54,340 nucleotides of DNA from an uncultured Muribaculaceae bacterium (GTDB taxonomy: Bacteria; Bacillota_I; Bacilli_A; RF39; UBA660): positions 5,890-60,229 of the forward strand of contig CAYWQQ010000001.1 of assembly GCA_964461005.1 (NCBI GenBank), in the 5' to 3' direction. Below the pieces are notes generated by a model that saw only the letters and a program-made list of their open reading frames with translations, searched no databases and was not told the DNA's origin. Position 1 is the first letter of the stretch. The number at the start of each line of letters is the position of its first letter. The translations under genes were made by a program, and so were the position numbers. Shown piece after piece: positions 40,802 through 53,249 of the stretch.

Positions 40802-41282
40802 TTTTTACCTCCTTATCTGTACTTCCAAATCCACCTTTTCTAATTTTGTCTACTTTCTCTTCGTTAGTCACAGTTAAATAGTTTAATAGAATACCTTGAA
40901 CAAATCCTTTTCCCTGTTCAATGTTTATTGTTTCTTTTCCTTCATTTTTAAGAAAAATTATTATATGTCCTTCATTTTCATCATTATTATAATAATCAGA
41001 ATCGATAATACCAATTTGATTACACATTCTTAAATTATATTTTATTCCCAAGCTACTTCTTACAACAATACTTAAAAATTCATTATAATCTAGACAAACT
41101 TTTATCCCCGTTGAAATTTCAACAATTTCATTTGGTTCTATATTTAATGCAGAAGGCAGAAAAAAATCATAGCCAGCTGACGACAAGGTTTTCCTCTCTG
41201 GAAGTTTTATATCTTCATAATTAACTTTTTTTGAAAAATCTTTTTCAAACTGCTGATAACTTATTTTTTCAAAAGCTCTCAT
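40794..41282 (-). CDS. dut: dUTP diphosphatase
   Basis: SAGYDFF and GIIDSDY motifs. The start is corrected to ATG 41282 (MRAFEK), with SD ggaggt 4 nt upstream. Confidence 0.8.
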   Translation of the reverse strand: MRAFEKISYQQFEKDFSKKVNYEDIKLPERKTLSSAGYDFFLPSALNIEPNEIVEISTGIKVCLDYNEFLSIVVRSSLGIKYNLRMCNQIGIIDSDYYNNDENEGHIIIFLKNEGKETINIEQGKGFVQGILLNYLTVTNEEKVDKIRKGGFGSTDKEVKNE

Positions 41283-41293
41283 TTTTACCTCCA

Positions 41294-41848
41294 CTAATTA
41301 TATTTGTTCATCAAACTATTAAAATCCTCTTTGAAATATTCAAATATAATTTTTTTCACTTCTTCAATCGAATTTTCTATTTTCTTGTTTTCTTCTTTGG
41401 AAAATTTTTCTAAAACATATTTTTCTGCAGAAAACATTTTTTCGTTATTTGTACCTATTTTTATTCTTTTATATTTAGAACTACCAATCGCTTCTTCTAT
41501 ATTCTTTAAGCCATTATGACCGCCAGAACTACCTTGAGCTTTTAATCTTATTTTACCAATAGGTAAATCTATATCATCACTAATAATTATTATTTCTTCT
41601 ATATCTATTTTAAAGAAATTAATAAAGTTTTTAACAACTATACCAGATAAATTCATATAACTTTGTGGTTTTAAAAATATAAATTTTTCTGTTTCCGTTT
41701 CCAATTCAAAATATAAGCCTTCTTTTTTTTGCTTATATTTTTTTATATTATAAAAATCAGCTATAGAATCAATTACTCTAAAACCAACGTTATGCCTTGT
41801 TTGTTCATAATTTTTTCCAGGGTTTCCTAAACCTACTACTAATTTCAT
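41294..41848 (-). CDS. pth: peptidyl-tRNA hydrolase
   Basis: The start is corrected to ATG 41848 (MKLVVGLGNPG, the canonical Pth N-terminus). HNG motif present. Ends in TAG. Confidence 0.95.
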   Translation of the reverse strand: MKLVVGLGNPGKNYEQTRHNVGFRVIDSIADFYNIKKYKQKKEGLYFELETETEKFIFLKPQSYMNLSGIVVKNFINFFKIDIEEIIIISDDIDLPIGKIRLKAQGSSGGHNGLKNIEEAIGSSKYKRIKIGTNNEKMFSAEKYVLEKFSKEENKKIENSIEEVKKIIFEYFKEDFNSLMNKYN

Positions 41849-41852
41849 TTTA

Positions 41853-42683
41853 TCACTTCCTATTGATATATTCTTTATATAAAACATTGCGATCTATCAA
41901 ATTTTTTTTAGATACTTTACCAATTGCTTGATTTTTTTTGTGTCCTTCTCTTATTAATTCTTCAATCTCTAAAAAAACATCTTTCGTATTTTCACTTTTC
42001 TGTTTATTTCCTTCAACAACAATAACAAATTCACCTTTTGCTTCTAAATCAACAAAATCACAAATGTTACCTCGATATATTTCTTCAAATTTTTTTGATA
42101 TCTCTCTAGAAATCGATATCTTTCTATTTCCTAAAATATCTAGCATTGATTGTATTGTTTTCTTGATGCGATGTGGTGATTCGTAAAAAATCAATGTTGC
42201 ATTTAATTGTTTCAATTCTAGAAGTTCTTTTTCTCTTTTTATTTTTTTGCTATCCGTAAATCCATAAAATAAAAAGGGAGATGGTTCAATTCCAGAAACA
42301 ATAAGTGCTGGAATTAAAGCTGTTGGGCCAGGCAAAGCAACTACATTATATCCTTTTTGAATAATATATTGTACTGCTTTATATCCCGGATCACTAATTA
42401 TCGGTGTGCCTCTATCAGTTACGATAGCTATACTTTTCCCTTGATATAAATAATCCACCATTAGTTCTTTAGTTTGTTCTTCATTATGGTCATGTGAAGC
42501 AATTAACTTTTTTTTAATATCAAAATGGTTTAGTAAATTTAATGTCACTCTTGTGTCTTCACAAAAAATTGCATCAACTTCTTTTAAAATATTTATGCTT
42601 CTATATGTCATATCTTCTAAATTGCCTATTGGAGTAGGAACCAAATATAAAGTTGGTGATCCATTGTAACTTTTTTGATTCAT
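41853..42683 (-). CDS. rsmI: 16S rRNA (cytidine1402-2'-O)-methyltransferase
   Basis: 276 aa with LYLVPTPIGNLEDMT and CEDTR motifs. Ends in TGA. Confidence 0.9.
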   Translation of the reverse strand: MNQKSYNGSPTLYLVPTPIGNLEDMTYRSINILKEVDAIFCEDTRVTLNLLNHFDIKKKLIASHDHNEEQTKELMVDYLYQGKSIAIVTDRGTPIISDPGYKAVQYIIQKGYNVVALPGPTALIPALIVSGIEPSPFLFYGFTDSKKIKREKELLELKQLNATLIFYESPHRIKKTIQSMLDILGNRKISISREISKKFEEIYRGNICDFVDLEAKGEFVIVVEGNKQKSENTKDVFLEIEELIREGHKKNQAIGKVSKKNLIDRNVLYKEYINRK

Positions 42684-42702
42684 TATAAATCCTCCAATCT
42701 TT

Positions 42703-43485
42703 CTATTTTATAATTTCTATTATTTCATTATTTTCTAACTTTAACTTATATGCTTGCTTTAAAACATTAATTGCTACTACTTTACCTTTTCCCTCTTTGG
42801 TATTAATAATTTCTCCCATTAAAGGCAATTCTTTTTTCAAATTTGAATAAAGATCATTTTCATAGTTTAAACAGCAAAGTAATCTCCCACAAGAGCCATT
42901 TATTTTTGTTGGGTTTAAAGCAATATTTTGGTTTTTAGCCATATTTATAGAAACATTGTCAAAATCTGTTAGAAATTTTGAACAACATAGTTCTCTGCCA
43001 CAAACCCCTATGCCTCCTATGTTTTTTGCTTTATCCCTAATACCAATTTGTCTTAATTCTATTCTTGTTTTATATATTTTAGCAATTTCTTTTACTAGCT
43101 CCCTAAAATCAATTCTATTTTCCGAAAGAAAATGAAACATTAATTGTCTTTTATCAAGAGTAAATTCAGCATCAACTATTTTCATATCCAATCGCAAATT
43201 AGTAACTAATTTCTCAACTTTACTAATTGCCTTTTTTGCTTCTTCTTTATTTTGAATTTGTGTTTTTTCATCTTCGTCATTGGCAATTCTATATATACTT
43301 TTTAGAGGTAATTTTAATTTACTTTTATGTAAAGCGATGTTTTCTTGAACAACAGTTCCTATTTGTAAGCCTCGATCTGTTTCTACAATTATTCTATCGT
43401 TTTTTTGATATTTTGATTCACCATTAGGCGAAAAATAGTATATTCTTGAGCCTTTTTCAAAAACTATACCAACTACTTCTATCAT
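42703..43485 (-). CDS. ricT: PSP1-domain protein (YaaT/RicT-like)
   Basis: 260 aa with a PSP1 C-terminal Cys cluster (GVCGRELCC ... CGRLLCCL). The position after holB is conserved. Confidence 0.85.
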   Translation of the reverse strand: MIEVVGIVFEKGSRIYYFSPNGESKYQKNDRIIVETDRGLQIGTVVQENIALHKSKLKLPLKSIYRIANDEDEKTQIQNKEEAKKAISKVEKLVTNLRLDMKIVDAEFTLDKRQLMFHFLSENRIDFRELVKEIAKIYKTRIELRQIGIRDKAKNIGGIGVCGRELCCSKFLTDFDNVSINMAKNQNIALNPTKINGSCGRLLCCLNYENDLYSNLKKELPLMGEIINTKEGKGKVVAINVLKQAYKLKLENNEIIEIIK

Positions 43486-44336
43486 TTTTGATCCTCCTTG
43501 TTAAATTCAATTAATATTTTATCTATAATTAAATTTGTGTTTAAATTATTTTTTATTTTTTCTTTTATTGAAGACAATATCATTATTTTTTTCAATATAT
43601 TATCCTTTTTTTTGCATTTAGAAATTTGTTTTATATTATCTTTATAATTTTTAAAGTATTCAACTTCATTTGTATAAATATAATTTAGTATGCTTTTATA
43701 AATATATATAAGAATCGTTATATTAAGCTGAAGCTTTTCCTTTGTCAAATTATTATCATTCCAGTAATTACTTATCTCTAAATATATATTTAAGCCTTGT
43801 GTTTCATATTTAGTAATAAAATTAAACATTTCTTCAATTATTATGTCTATATTATCATCTAAATTCGAATTTTCAAAAATATTCAACAAACTTGATTCGT
43901 TTTTTAATTTTATTATTTGACATCTTGAAACAATAGTTGAAAGAACATTATTTAAGGCTGTTGTTGTCAAAATACCAGTAATATTTTCCTCTGGTTCTTC
44001 TAAAAATTTTAGCATACTATTACCAGCATGAACATTTAATTGATCACAAGATTTAATGATATAAACATTCCTCGAATTATAAAAAGATTTTGTTATAAAT
44101 TTGTTTTTCAAATTTATAATTTGTTCCTTTTTTATCCAAAGACCATCTGGTTCAATAATGGTAATACTTTGCTTGTCGCTTTTTATTAAATTTTCTGCTA
44201 AAGAAACAGCAAAATTGTTTGCTGTTTTAATATCTTCACAACAAATTAGATAAGCGTGACTGATATGTTCTTTTTCTATTTGCTCTTTTAATAATAAACA
44301 AATTTGTTGCTCACTATTATATATACTATCAAACAT
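43482..44336 (-). CDS. holB: DNA polymerase III subunit delta'
   Basis: AAA+-like N-terminus with HAYL and SRCQ motifs. The likely start is ATG 44336, with SD gaggtga 5 nt upstream. Confidence 0.8.
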   Translation of the reverse strand: MFDSIYNSEQQICLLLKEQIEKEHISHAYLICCEDIKTANNFAVSLAENLIKSDKQSITIIEPDGLWIKKEQIINLKNKFITKSFYNSRNVYIIKSCDQLNVHAGNSMLKFLEEPEENITGILTTTALNNVLSTIVSRCQIIKLKNESSLLNIFENSNLDDNIDIIIEEMFNFITKYETQGLNIYLEISNYWNDNNLTKEKLQLNITILIYIYKSILNYIYTNEVEYFKNYKDNIKQISKCKKKDNILKKIMILSSIKEKIKNNLNTNLIIDKILIEFNKEDQK

Positions 44337-44351
44337 ATGCGTCACCTCATT

Positions 44352-44951
44352 TTATATTTCCTTACGATTATAGAAAGCAGTTTCTAAAGTCAATGGATCG
44401 ATATATTCCATAGCCGCTCCCATTGGAATACCTTGTGCTATTTTCGAAACAATTATATTTTTGTTGCTTTCTAAACTTTTTTTAATATACATAGCAGTTG
44501 TTTCGCCCTCTAAAGAAGGTTTTATTGCAATAATTATTTCTTTAATTTCTTCTTTAACAATTCTTTCTAATAGTTTGTTAATATCAATATCATCTGGACC
44601 AATTCCTTCAATTGGAGAAATTAATTTATCAAACACGTGATATCTTCCTGAAAATATTTTGTTTTTTTCAAATAGAATAATACTTCTAATGTCTTCCACT
44701 ATACATAATTTTTTGTTATTTCTGCTGTTATCCATACAAATTTCACATAATTCGTTTTCCGAAATATTATTACATATTTTACATTTTCTGATTTTGTTTT
44801 TTACGTCAATAAAGGCTTTTGCAAAAAAATCTAATTTTTCTTTTTCAAAATTTAATGTTGATAAAGCCATTCTCTCTGCAGTTTTTTCTCCTATACCAGG
44901 CAAGTCTTTAAAACAATCAATTAAATCATTAATACTTTTAGGATAATTCAT
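44352..44951 (-). CDS. recR: recombination protein RecR
   Basis: 199 aa with LPGIGEKTAERM HhH, a C4 zinc finger and a Toprim domain. Confidence 0.96.
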   Translation of the reverse strand: MNYPKSINDLIDCFKDLPGIGEKTAERMALSTLNFEKEKLDFFAKAFIDVKNKIRKCKICNNISENELCEICMDNSRNNKKLCIVEDIRSIILFEKNKIFSGRYHVFDKLISPIEGIGPDDIDINKLLERIVKEEIKEIIIAIKPSLEGETTAMYIKKSLESNKNIIVSKIAQGIPMGAAMEYIDPLTLETAFYNRKEI

Positions 44952-45253
44952 TATAATAGGCCCGCCATTCCAGAACCATATTTCCCTAATTTTTCTTCTG
45001 TCTCTTTATCAACCTTGCAAATTGCATCTTTTAAGGCCAAAGATATTACATCTTCTAACATTTCAATATCTTCTTCATCAGATATTTTTAAATTTTTGTC
45101 AATTGTAACTTTAACAACTTCTTTTTTGCCATTAATTTCAATTTGCAAATAAGAATATTTCCCGGGAAATATTTTTTGATTGATTTCTTCTTTCGATTTC
45201 AAAATATCACTTTGCATTTTTTGAGCTTGTTTCATCATTAATTGCATGTTCAT
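44951..45253 (-). CDS. ybaB: nucleoid-associated protein YbaB/EbfC
   Basis: 100 aa with MMKQAQKMQ at the N-terminus and GMAGLL at the C-terminus. Confidence 0.92.
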   Translation of the reverse strand: MNMQLMMKQAQKMQSDILKSKEEINQKIFPGKYSYLQIEINGKKEVVKVTIDKNLKISDEEDIEMLEDVISLALKDAICKVDKETEEKLGKYGSGMAGLL

Positions 45254-45266
45254 ATATTACACCTCT

Positions 45267-46940
45267 TCATTTTATTTCTATTATTTCATTACCAAACATT
45301 GAAATTGCTTTAGCCAATTCTTTTACCTCTTTTTTAGGTTTTGCTATTATTTCTTTTTCTTCAAGCAATTCTATTGGTTCTTTGTTTTTAATTTTTTCTA
45401 AATAAAAATTTCTAATTATCTTCCAATTTTCTTCAGAAATATTAATTATTCTATATTTAGCTTTTAAAATGTTCTTTACTAATTTTTCAACATCTTCAAT
45501 CATGTTATCAGCTTTTTCCACCAATCCATTATATTTATATACATATACAATGTCATTTTCTCCTATACATGCTGCTGATCCATCACATAAAAGAGCTGCT
45601 ACATTTTTAAAATCTTTGTTTACCAGAAAAGTTGATATTTGTTCAAAACTCTTTTTTACCTCTTTTAATTTAATTTTATCTGCTTTTACAATAGTATTAT
45701 TTATAAGTATTTTTTTACTTATTTCAACTTTAACTTTTGGCAAATCTAGCTTTATTTCTCCAAAATCATCATTATTTTCTATCATATTTTCAGAATCATG
45801 TTCTATTGTTTCTTTAGTTTCAATTGTTGTTTTATTAGCCATAACTTCTTCTTCGCACTTTTCAAAAATATTTACTAATCTTAGAATAGCAATTTCAAAA
45901 ATCAGTTTTGGTGTAGAGGAATTTTTATAATTATTCATAGCTTCTAAAAAAATATTTATACTTTCATTTATTAATTCTTCATTAAGTTTATAATCTTTAA
46001 AATATAGAGAAATATCATATTTTGAATATTCTAAAAAATATTTTGGAGCTTTTTTATAAAAAAGCATATCTTTTAGAAAAACCACTATTTCTTGAGTTAT
46101 TTTTTCAAAGTCTTTTCCTGCTTGATTTATTTCCTTTATTTGTTTAAATATTTCTATTGTTCTATTTTCAAAAATATTTTTAATTAGTTTAGATATTTCT
46201 TCTACATTCGTCAATGCAAATAGACTTTCCACATCTATCTTAGTAATATGATTTCCTGAAATTGAAGAAACCTGTTCTAAATAGCCTATTGCATCTCTTA
46301 AGCCACCATTAGCATTTGATGCCAAAACATCTAAAGCATCATCTTCTATATTTATTTTTTCTTTATTTGAAATCAGTTTTAATTGTTTTGATATTTCTTT
46401 ATCACTGATTTTTTTAAAATTGAAATTTTGGCAACGAGAGATAACCGTTAATGGTACTTTATGAATTTCAGTTGTTGCTAAAATAAATATAATGTTTTTA
46501 GGCGGTTCCTCCAAAGTCTTAAGAAGCGCATTAAATGCTCCTGTAGAGAGCATATGAACTTCATCAATAATATATACTTTATAGTTGCAAACTGTAGGTA
46601 CAAGACTAATTTTGCTTTTTAAATCTCTGATTTCATCTACTCCGTTATTCGAAGCCGCATCAATTTCTATAATATCAGTTACTTCTTCTTTTGAGATAGA
46701 AGAGCAAACCTCACATTTATTACATGGAGATCCATTTTGGTTGTTTAAACAATTAACCGCTTTAGCAAATATTTTAGCTAAACTAGTCTTGCCAATACCT
46801 CTAGGGCCATTAAATAAATATGCGTGACCTATTTTGCCCTCTTTTATTGAATTTTGCAAAGTACAGACAATTTCTTTTTGACCAACCACTTGCTCAAAAT
46901 TTTCTGGGCGATATTTTCGATATAATGCTTTATAATTCAT
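45267..46940 (-). CDS. dnaX: DNA polymerase III subunits gamma/tau
   Basis: 557 aa with GPRGIGKTS Walker A, a zinc module (CNKCEVC) and the SRC motif. A candidate extended -10 (TGaTATAAT, complement of 46964-46972) lies upstream. Confidence 0.95.
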   Translation of the reverse strand: MNYKALYRKYRPENFEQVVGQKEIVCTLQNSIKEGKIGHAYLFNGPRGIGKTSLAKIFAKAVNCLNNQNGSPCNKCEVCSSISKEEVTDIIEIDAASNNGVDEIRDLKSKISLVPTVCNYKVYIIDEVHMLSTGAFNALLKTLEEPPKNIIFILATTEIHKVPLTVISRCQNFNFKKISDKEISKQLKLISNKEKINIEDDALDVLASNANGGLRDAIGYLEQVSSISGNHITKIDVESLFALTNVEEISKLIKNIFENRTIEIFKQIKEINQAGKDFEKITQEIVVFLKDMLFYKKAPKYFLEYSKYDISLYFKDYKLNEELINESINIFLEAMNNYKNSSTPKLIFEIAILRLVNIFEKCEEEVMANKTTIETKETIEHDSENMIENNDDFGEIKLDLPKVKVEISKKILINNTIVKADKIKLKEVKKSFEQISTFLVNKDFKNVAALLCDGSAACIGENDIVYVYKYNGLVEKADNMIEDVEKLVKNILKAKYRIINISEENWKIIRNFYLEKIKNKEPIELLEEKEIIAKPKKEVKELAKAISMFGNEIIEIK

Positions 46941-46994
46941 TTTGTCACCTACTTACATAGTTAATTATATCATTTTTTTTATTATTAATATATC

Positions 46995-47402
46995 TCATTT
47001 TTTTCTTTTTAATTGAAAAAAAATTTTAAGAATGTTTTTACATTTATCATTGGAAATATATTCAAAATTTGTTGATTCTGTTTGGTTTGTTTTGCTTGTT
47101 TGCTTAGCTCCGTAATATACTTTTTTTATTCTTGACTGTTTTATTATTTCCATACACATTTTACAAGGTTCTAACGTTACATAAAGTTCACAGTTATCGA
47201 AACGCCAATCATTTATTACTTTATTTCCCTTTTGTAAAACTAAAACTTCAGCATGGGCTAAAATAGATTTTGTCTTTTCTCTTTTATTATAAGCTTTTGC
47301 AATTATTTTGTTGTTTGAAACCAAAACTGCTCCAACTGGAACCTCGTTTTGTTTCATTGCTTTCTCCGCTTGTTTTAATGCTTCTAACATGAAATCATTC
47401 AT
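46995..47402 (-). CDS. tadA: tRNA-specific adenosine deaminase
   Basis: HAEVLVL and PCKMC deaminase motifs. The start is corrected to ATG 47402 (MNDFMLEALKQAEKA), with SD gagagg 7 nt upstream. The ORF-track extension to 47435 runs into the SRP RNA gene. Confidence 0.9.
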   Translation of the reverse strand: MNDFMLEALKQAEKAMKQNEVPVGAVLVSNNKIIAKAYNKREKTKSILAHAEVLVLQKGNKVINDWRFDNCELYVTLEPCKMCMEIIKQSRIKKVYYGAKQTSKTNQTESTNFEYISNDKCKNILKIFFQLKRKK

Positions 47403-47424
47403 TTTATACCTCTCTAATAAAAAT

Positions 47425-47497
47425 GGTACACACAAAAGGAGGACGGTGAGGCTGCTTTCTTCCGAATCTGACCTGATTACATCACTTTTGTTGTACC
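47425..47497 (-). ncRNA. ffs: signal recognition particle RNA, small (4.5S-like) type
   Basis: The minus strand reads GGTACAACAAAAGTGATGTAATCAGGTCAGATTCGGAAGAAAGCAGCCTCACCGTCCTCCTTTTGTGTGTACC. The core CAGGTCAGATTCGGAAGAAAGCAGCC matches the universally conserved domain IV sequence (E. coli CAGGUCAGGUCCGGAAGGAAGCAGCC), including the GGAA tetraloop. The ends pair (GGTACAACAAAAG / CTTTTGTGTGTACC). The exact ends are uncertain by several nt. Confidence 0.85.
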
Positions 47498-47503
47498 TCT
47501 TAC

Positions 47504-47532
47504 AATATACCTGATTTTTAAAATAATTTCAA
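47504..47532 (-). promoter_or_regulatory. SRP RNA promoter (-35 TTGAAA, 17 nt, -10 TATATT)
   Basis: Reverse complement: tttcaa at 47527-47532 and aatata at 47504-47509. The -10 ends about 7 nt before the RNA 5' end. Confidence 0.7.
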
Positions 47533-47543
47533 TCTGTATAAAT

Positions 47544-47561
47544 ATATTTCCCGGGAAATAT
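47544..47561. repeat. perfect 18-bp palindrome ATATTTCCCGGGAAATAT
   Basis: Read directly. Centred between 47552 and 47553, 12 nt upstream of the SRP RNA -35 element. It is a GC island in AT-rich spacer. Confidence 0.9.
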
Positions 47562-47624
47562 TTGTGTTAGCATTTAGAAAACAAACACTTTTATTTTAAA
47601 GGGTTTTGTATATTATCACTTTAT

Positions 47625-47674
47625 ATGTTTCACGTGGAACTATGTTTTACTATTAATCATGTTTCACGTGGAAC
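47625..47674. repeat. two identical 16-bp direct repeats ATGTTTCACGTGGAAC (47625-47640 and 47659-47674), each an imperfect palindrome around CACGTG
   Basis: Read directly. The start-to-start spacing is 34 bp. They lie just 3' of the gyrA terminator. Confidence 0.9.
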
Positions 47675-47698
47675 AAAAAGAAGACTACTCGTCTTCTT
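47674..47698 (-). terminator. rho-independent terminator after gyrA
   Basis: Stem aagaagac (47678-47685) / gtcttctt (47691-47698), spanning the TAG stop, followed on the minus strand by TTTTTG. Confidence 0.7.
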
Positions 47699-50129
47699 CG
47701 TTATCACTGTCTGTTTTTACTATATTAAATACAGCAGATACTTTTTGTTCGTCTTTCAAATTGATGAGTCTAACTCCTTGAGTAACTCTGCTCATTATTG
47801 ATATCTGAGAGATAGGAAGTTTTATAATCATACCGTTATCACTTATTATTATTAAATCTTCTTCATCATCAACAATTTTAAATGAAATAATTTTTCCATT
47901 CTTTTCAGTAGTGTTTAATGTCTTAACACCTTTGCTACCTCGATGGGTTGTACGATAATCTTCAACTTTTGTTCTTTTACCGTAGCCCTTTTCCGTCGCT
48001 ACTAAAACTTCTTTGTTTGGAATAGCAATCTCAATTCCAACGCACTCTGCGTTTCCGAGATTAATTCCTCTTACTCCCCCAGCACTTCTTCCCATTACTC
48101 TAACTTCCGCTTCGTCAAAGCAAACCATCCTTCCTAAAGAAGATGCTAACATAACGTTGTTACCTTCAACAATCTTTCTCACACCTATAAGTTCGTCGTC
48201 GTCTTTTAATGAGATTGCTATTTTTCCTGTTTTCCTTATATTTTCAAACTCTAACAACCTTGTTTTTTTAATATTTCCCTTTTTAGTTGCAAACACAAGA
48301 TTGCCATCTTGATCTGATGGAGAAATAGACAAAATAGAATTTACAACTTCATCTTTTTCAATTGGAAGTAAGTTGACTATAGGTAATCCTTTTGCCTGTC
48401 TACTATATTGTGGTATCTCATATCCTTTAACTCGATATATTTTACCTTTGTTTGTAAAAAATAACAAGTAGTCATGAGTGGACATTGTAATTAAATTCTG
48501 TACGAAGTCTTCTTCGTTAGTACTCATTCCTTTTACTCCAACTCCACCTTTATTTTGAATTTTGTATGTATCAGAAGTTATTCTCTTTATATATCCTTTA
48601 TTGGTTAAAGTAATAATAATATCTTCTGTCGGTATTAAAGATTCGTCTTCTATAAAATCAATAGCTGTCATATCTATTTCGGTTTTTCTCTCGTCACTAT
48701 ATTTTGCCTTTATTTCTAACAGCTCTTGTTTTATTATTTCATAAATTTTTTCGCTATTTGCTAATATTTCTTTATATTCTGCAATCAATTTGGCTAATTC
48801 AGCTAATTCTAATTCAATTTTTGATCTTTCTAAACCAGTTAAACGTCTTAATTTCATTTCTAATATGGAATCAGCTTGAATCTCTGTTAAATTATACTTT
48901 TCAATCAATTGCTTTTTGGCAACTACATCATCTTTTGCTTCTTTAATTAATTTAATAATTGCATCAATGTTATCCAAAGCTATTTTTAGCCCTTCTAATA
49001 TGTGCGCCCTATTTTCACATTTTTCTAAATCAAACTTGGTTCTTCTTGTTATGATTTCATATTGAAATTCGACATATTTACTAATTATTTCTTTTAAATT
49101 TAAAACTTTCGGTTCATTATTTGATAAGGCTAATAAATTTATGCTGAAATTGCTTTGTAATGGCGTTTGTTTATATAAATTATTTAAAATAACATTTGCA
49201 TTTGCTTCTTTTTTTAATTCAATTACTACTCTTGTCCCTGTTTTTAAACTTGTTTCATCGCGCAAATCGCTTATTCCTTCAATTGCCTTTTCTCTAACTA
49301 AATCAGCAATTTTAGTAATTAACATTGCTTTATTTACTTGGTAAGGCAAAGAGGTAATAATTATTCTCTTTCTATTCTCTTTTTCTTCAACAAAAGCCTC
49401 TCCTCTAATAGTTATAGATCCTTTTCCTGTTTCATATGCTTTTTTAATTCCAGAATTTCCTAAAATACAAGCTCCTGTCGGAAAATCTGGCCCTTTAATA
49501 TAATTCATTAATTCTAATATACTTATTTCTTTATTATCAATATAATTAACGCACGCATCTATAACTTCTCCTAAATTATGAGGGGGGATATTTGTAGCCA
49601 TACCAACAGCAATACCCATCGTACCATTAACCAATATATTAGGAAAACGGCTCGGCAATACTATAGGCTCTTTTCTTTGGCCATCATAGTTTGCCATAAA
49701 ATCAACTGTATTTTTATTTATATCTCTTACCATCTCTAAAGAGATTTTCCCTAATTTTGATTCTGTATAACGTTGATGTGCCGCTGCATCTCCATCAACG
49801 GAACCAAAGTTACCATGGCCATCTATTAATGGATAACGATAATTAAAATCTTGAGCCATTCTAACCATTGTGTCATAAACAGAAGAGTCTCCATGAGGAT
49901 GATAATGTGCTAATACGTTACCTACAGTATTTGCACTTTTTACATACTTTTTATCAGGAGTAAATCCTTCTTCAAACATTGTATACAAAATTCTACGATG
50001 AACCGGTTTTAAACCGTCTCTAACATCAGGAAGAGCTCTTGAAACAATTACACTCATTGAATAGCTCAAAAAAGCTGATTCCATTTTATCTGATATATTT
50101 ACCTGTATTAATTTATCTGTTTCGTTCAT
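47685..50129 (-). CDS. gyrA: DNA gyrase subunit A
   Basis: 814 aa with the active-site region AAHQRYTE (catalytic Tyr), a QRDR-like HPHGDSSVYD, and a C-terminal beta-pinwheel repeat domain with an acidic tail. Confidence 0.97.
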   Translation of the reverse strand: MNETDKLIQVNISDKMESAFLSYSMSVIVSRALPDVRDGLKPVHRRILYTMFEEGFTPDKKYVKSANTVGNVLAHYHPHGDSSVYDTMVRMAQDFNYRYPLIDGHGNFGSVDGDAAAHQRYTESKLGKISLEMVRDINKNTVDFMANYDGQRKEPIVLPSRFPNILVNGTMGIAVGMATNIPPHNLGEVIDACVNYIDNKEISILELMNYIKGPDFPTGACILGNSGIKKAYETGKGSITIRGEAFVEEKENRKRIIITSLPYQVNKAMLITKIADLVREKAIEGISDLRDETSLKTGTRVVIELKKEANANVILNNLYKQTPLQSNFSINLLALSNNEPKVLNLKEIISKYVEFQYEIITRRTKFDLEKCENRAHILEGLKIALDNIDAIIKLIKEAKDDVVAKKQLIEKYNLTEIQADSILEMKLRRLTGLERSKIELELAELAKLIAEYKEILANSEKIYEIIKQELLEIKAKYSDERKTEIDMTAIDFIEDESLIPTEDIIITLTNKGYIKRITSDTYKIQNKGGVGVKGMSTNEEDFVQNLITMSTHDYLLFFTNKGKIYRVKGYEIPQYSRQAKGLPIVNLLPIEKDEVVNSILSISPSDQDGNLVFATKKGNIKKTRLLEFENIRKTGKIAISLKDDDELIGVRKIVEGNNVMLASSLGRMVCFDEAEVRVMGRSAGGVRGINLGNAECVGIEIAIPNKEVLVATEKGYGKRTKVEDYRTTHRGSKGVKTLNTTEKNGKIISFKIVDDEEDLIIISDNGMIIKLPISQISIMSRVTQGVRLINLKDEQKVSAVFNIVKTDSDNEEDE

Positions 50130-50138
50130 TTCTTCCTC

Positions 50139-53184
<3,046 letters not shown>

Positions 53185-53249
53185 ATTTTTCTAATAAGCT
53201 CATAAAATCACCTTTCTAGACAAAAAAAACATTCTTCGTATACTTATAC

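Noticed and set aside
45469-45930. Long plus-strand ORFs antisense to core genes (for example 45469..45930, 34708..35085, 3667..4026, 31521..31835, 50827..51159, 15811..16152)
   Set aside because: All are Phe/Leu/Ser/Ile-rich, as expected for the antisense of Lys/Glu/Asn-rich AT-rich genes. They lack SDs and lie wholly inside well-supported homologous genes on the other strand.
47403-47435. N-terminal extension of tadA (MCVPFLLERYK) in the ORF track
   Set aside because: The extension overlaps the 3' part of the SRP RNA gene. The internal ATG 47402 has a proper SD and gives the canonical deaminase N-terminus.
47625-47674. LexA (Cheo box) or CcpA cre identity for the 16-bp repeats
   Set aside because: The GGAAC-TATG-TTTTA between the repeats matches only one GAAC half-site of CGAAC-N4-GTTCG. 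TGTTTCACG has one base too many to fit the cre core TGNAANCG. Neither consensus is satisfied.
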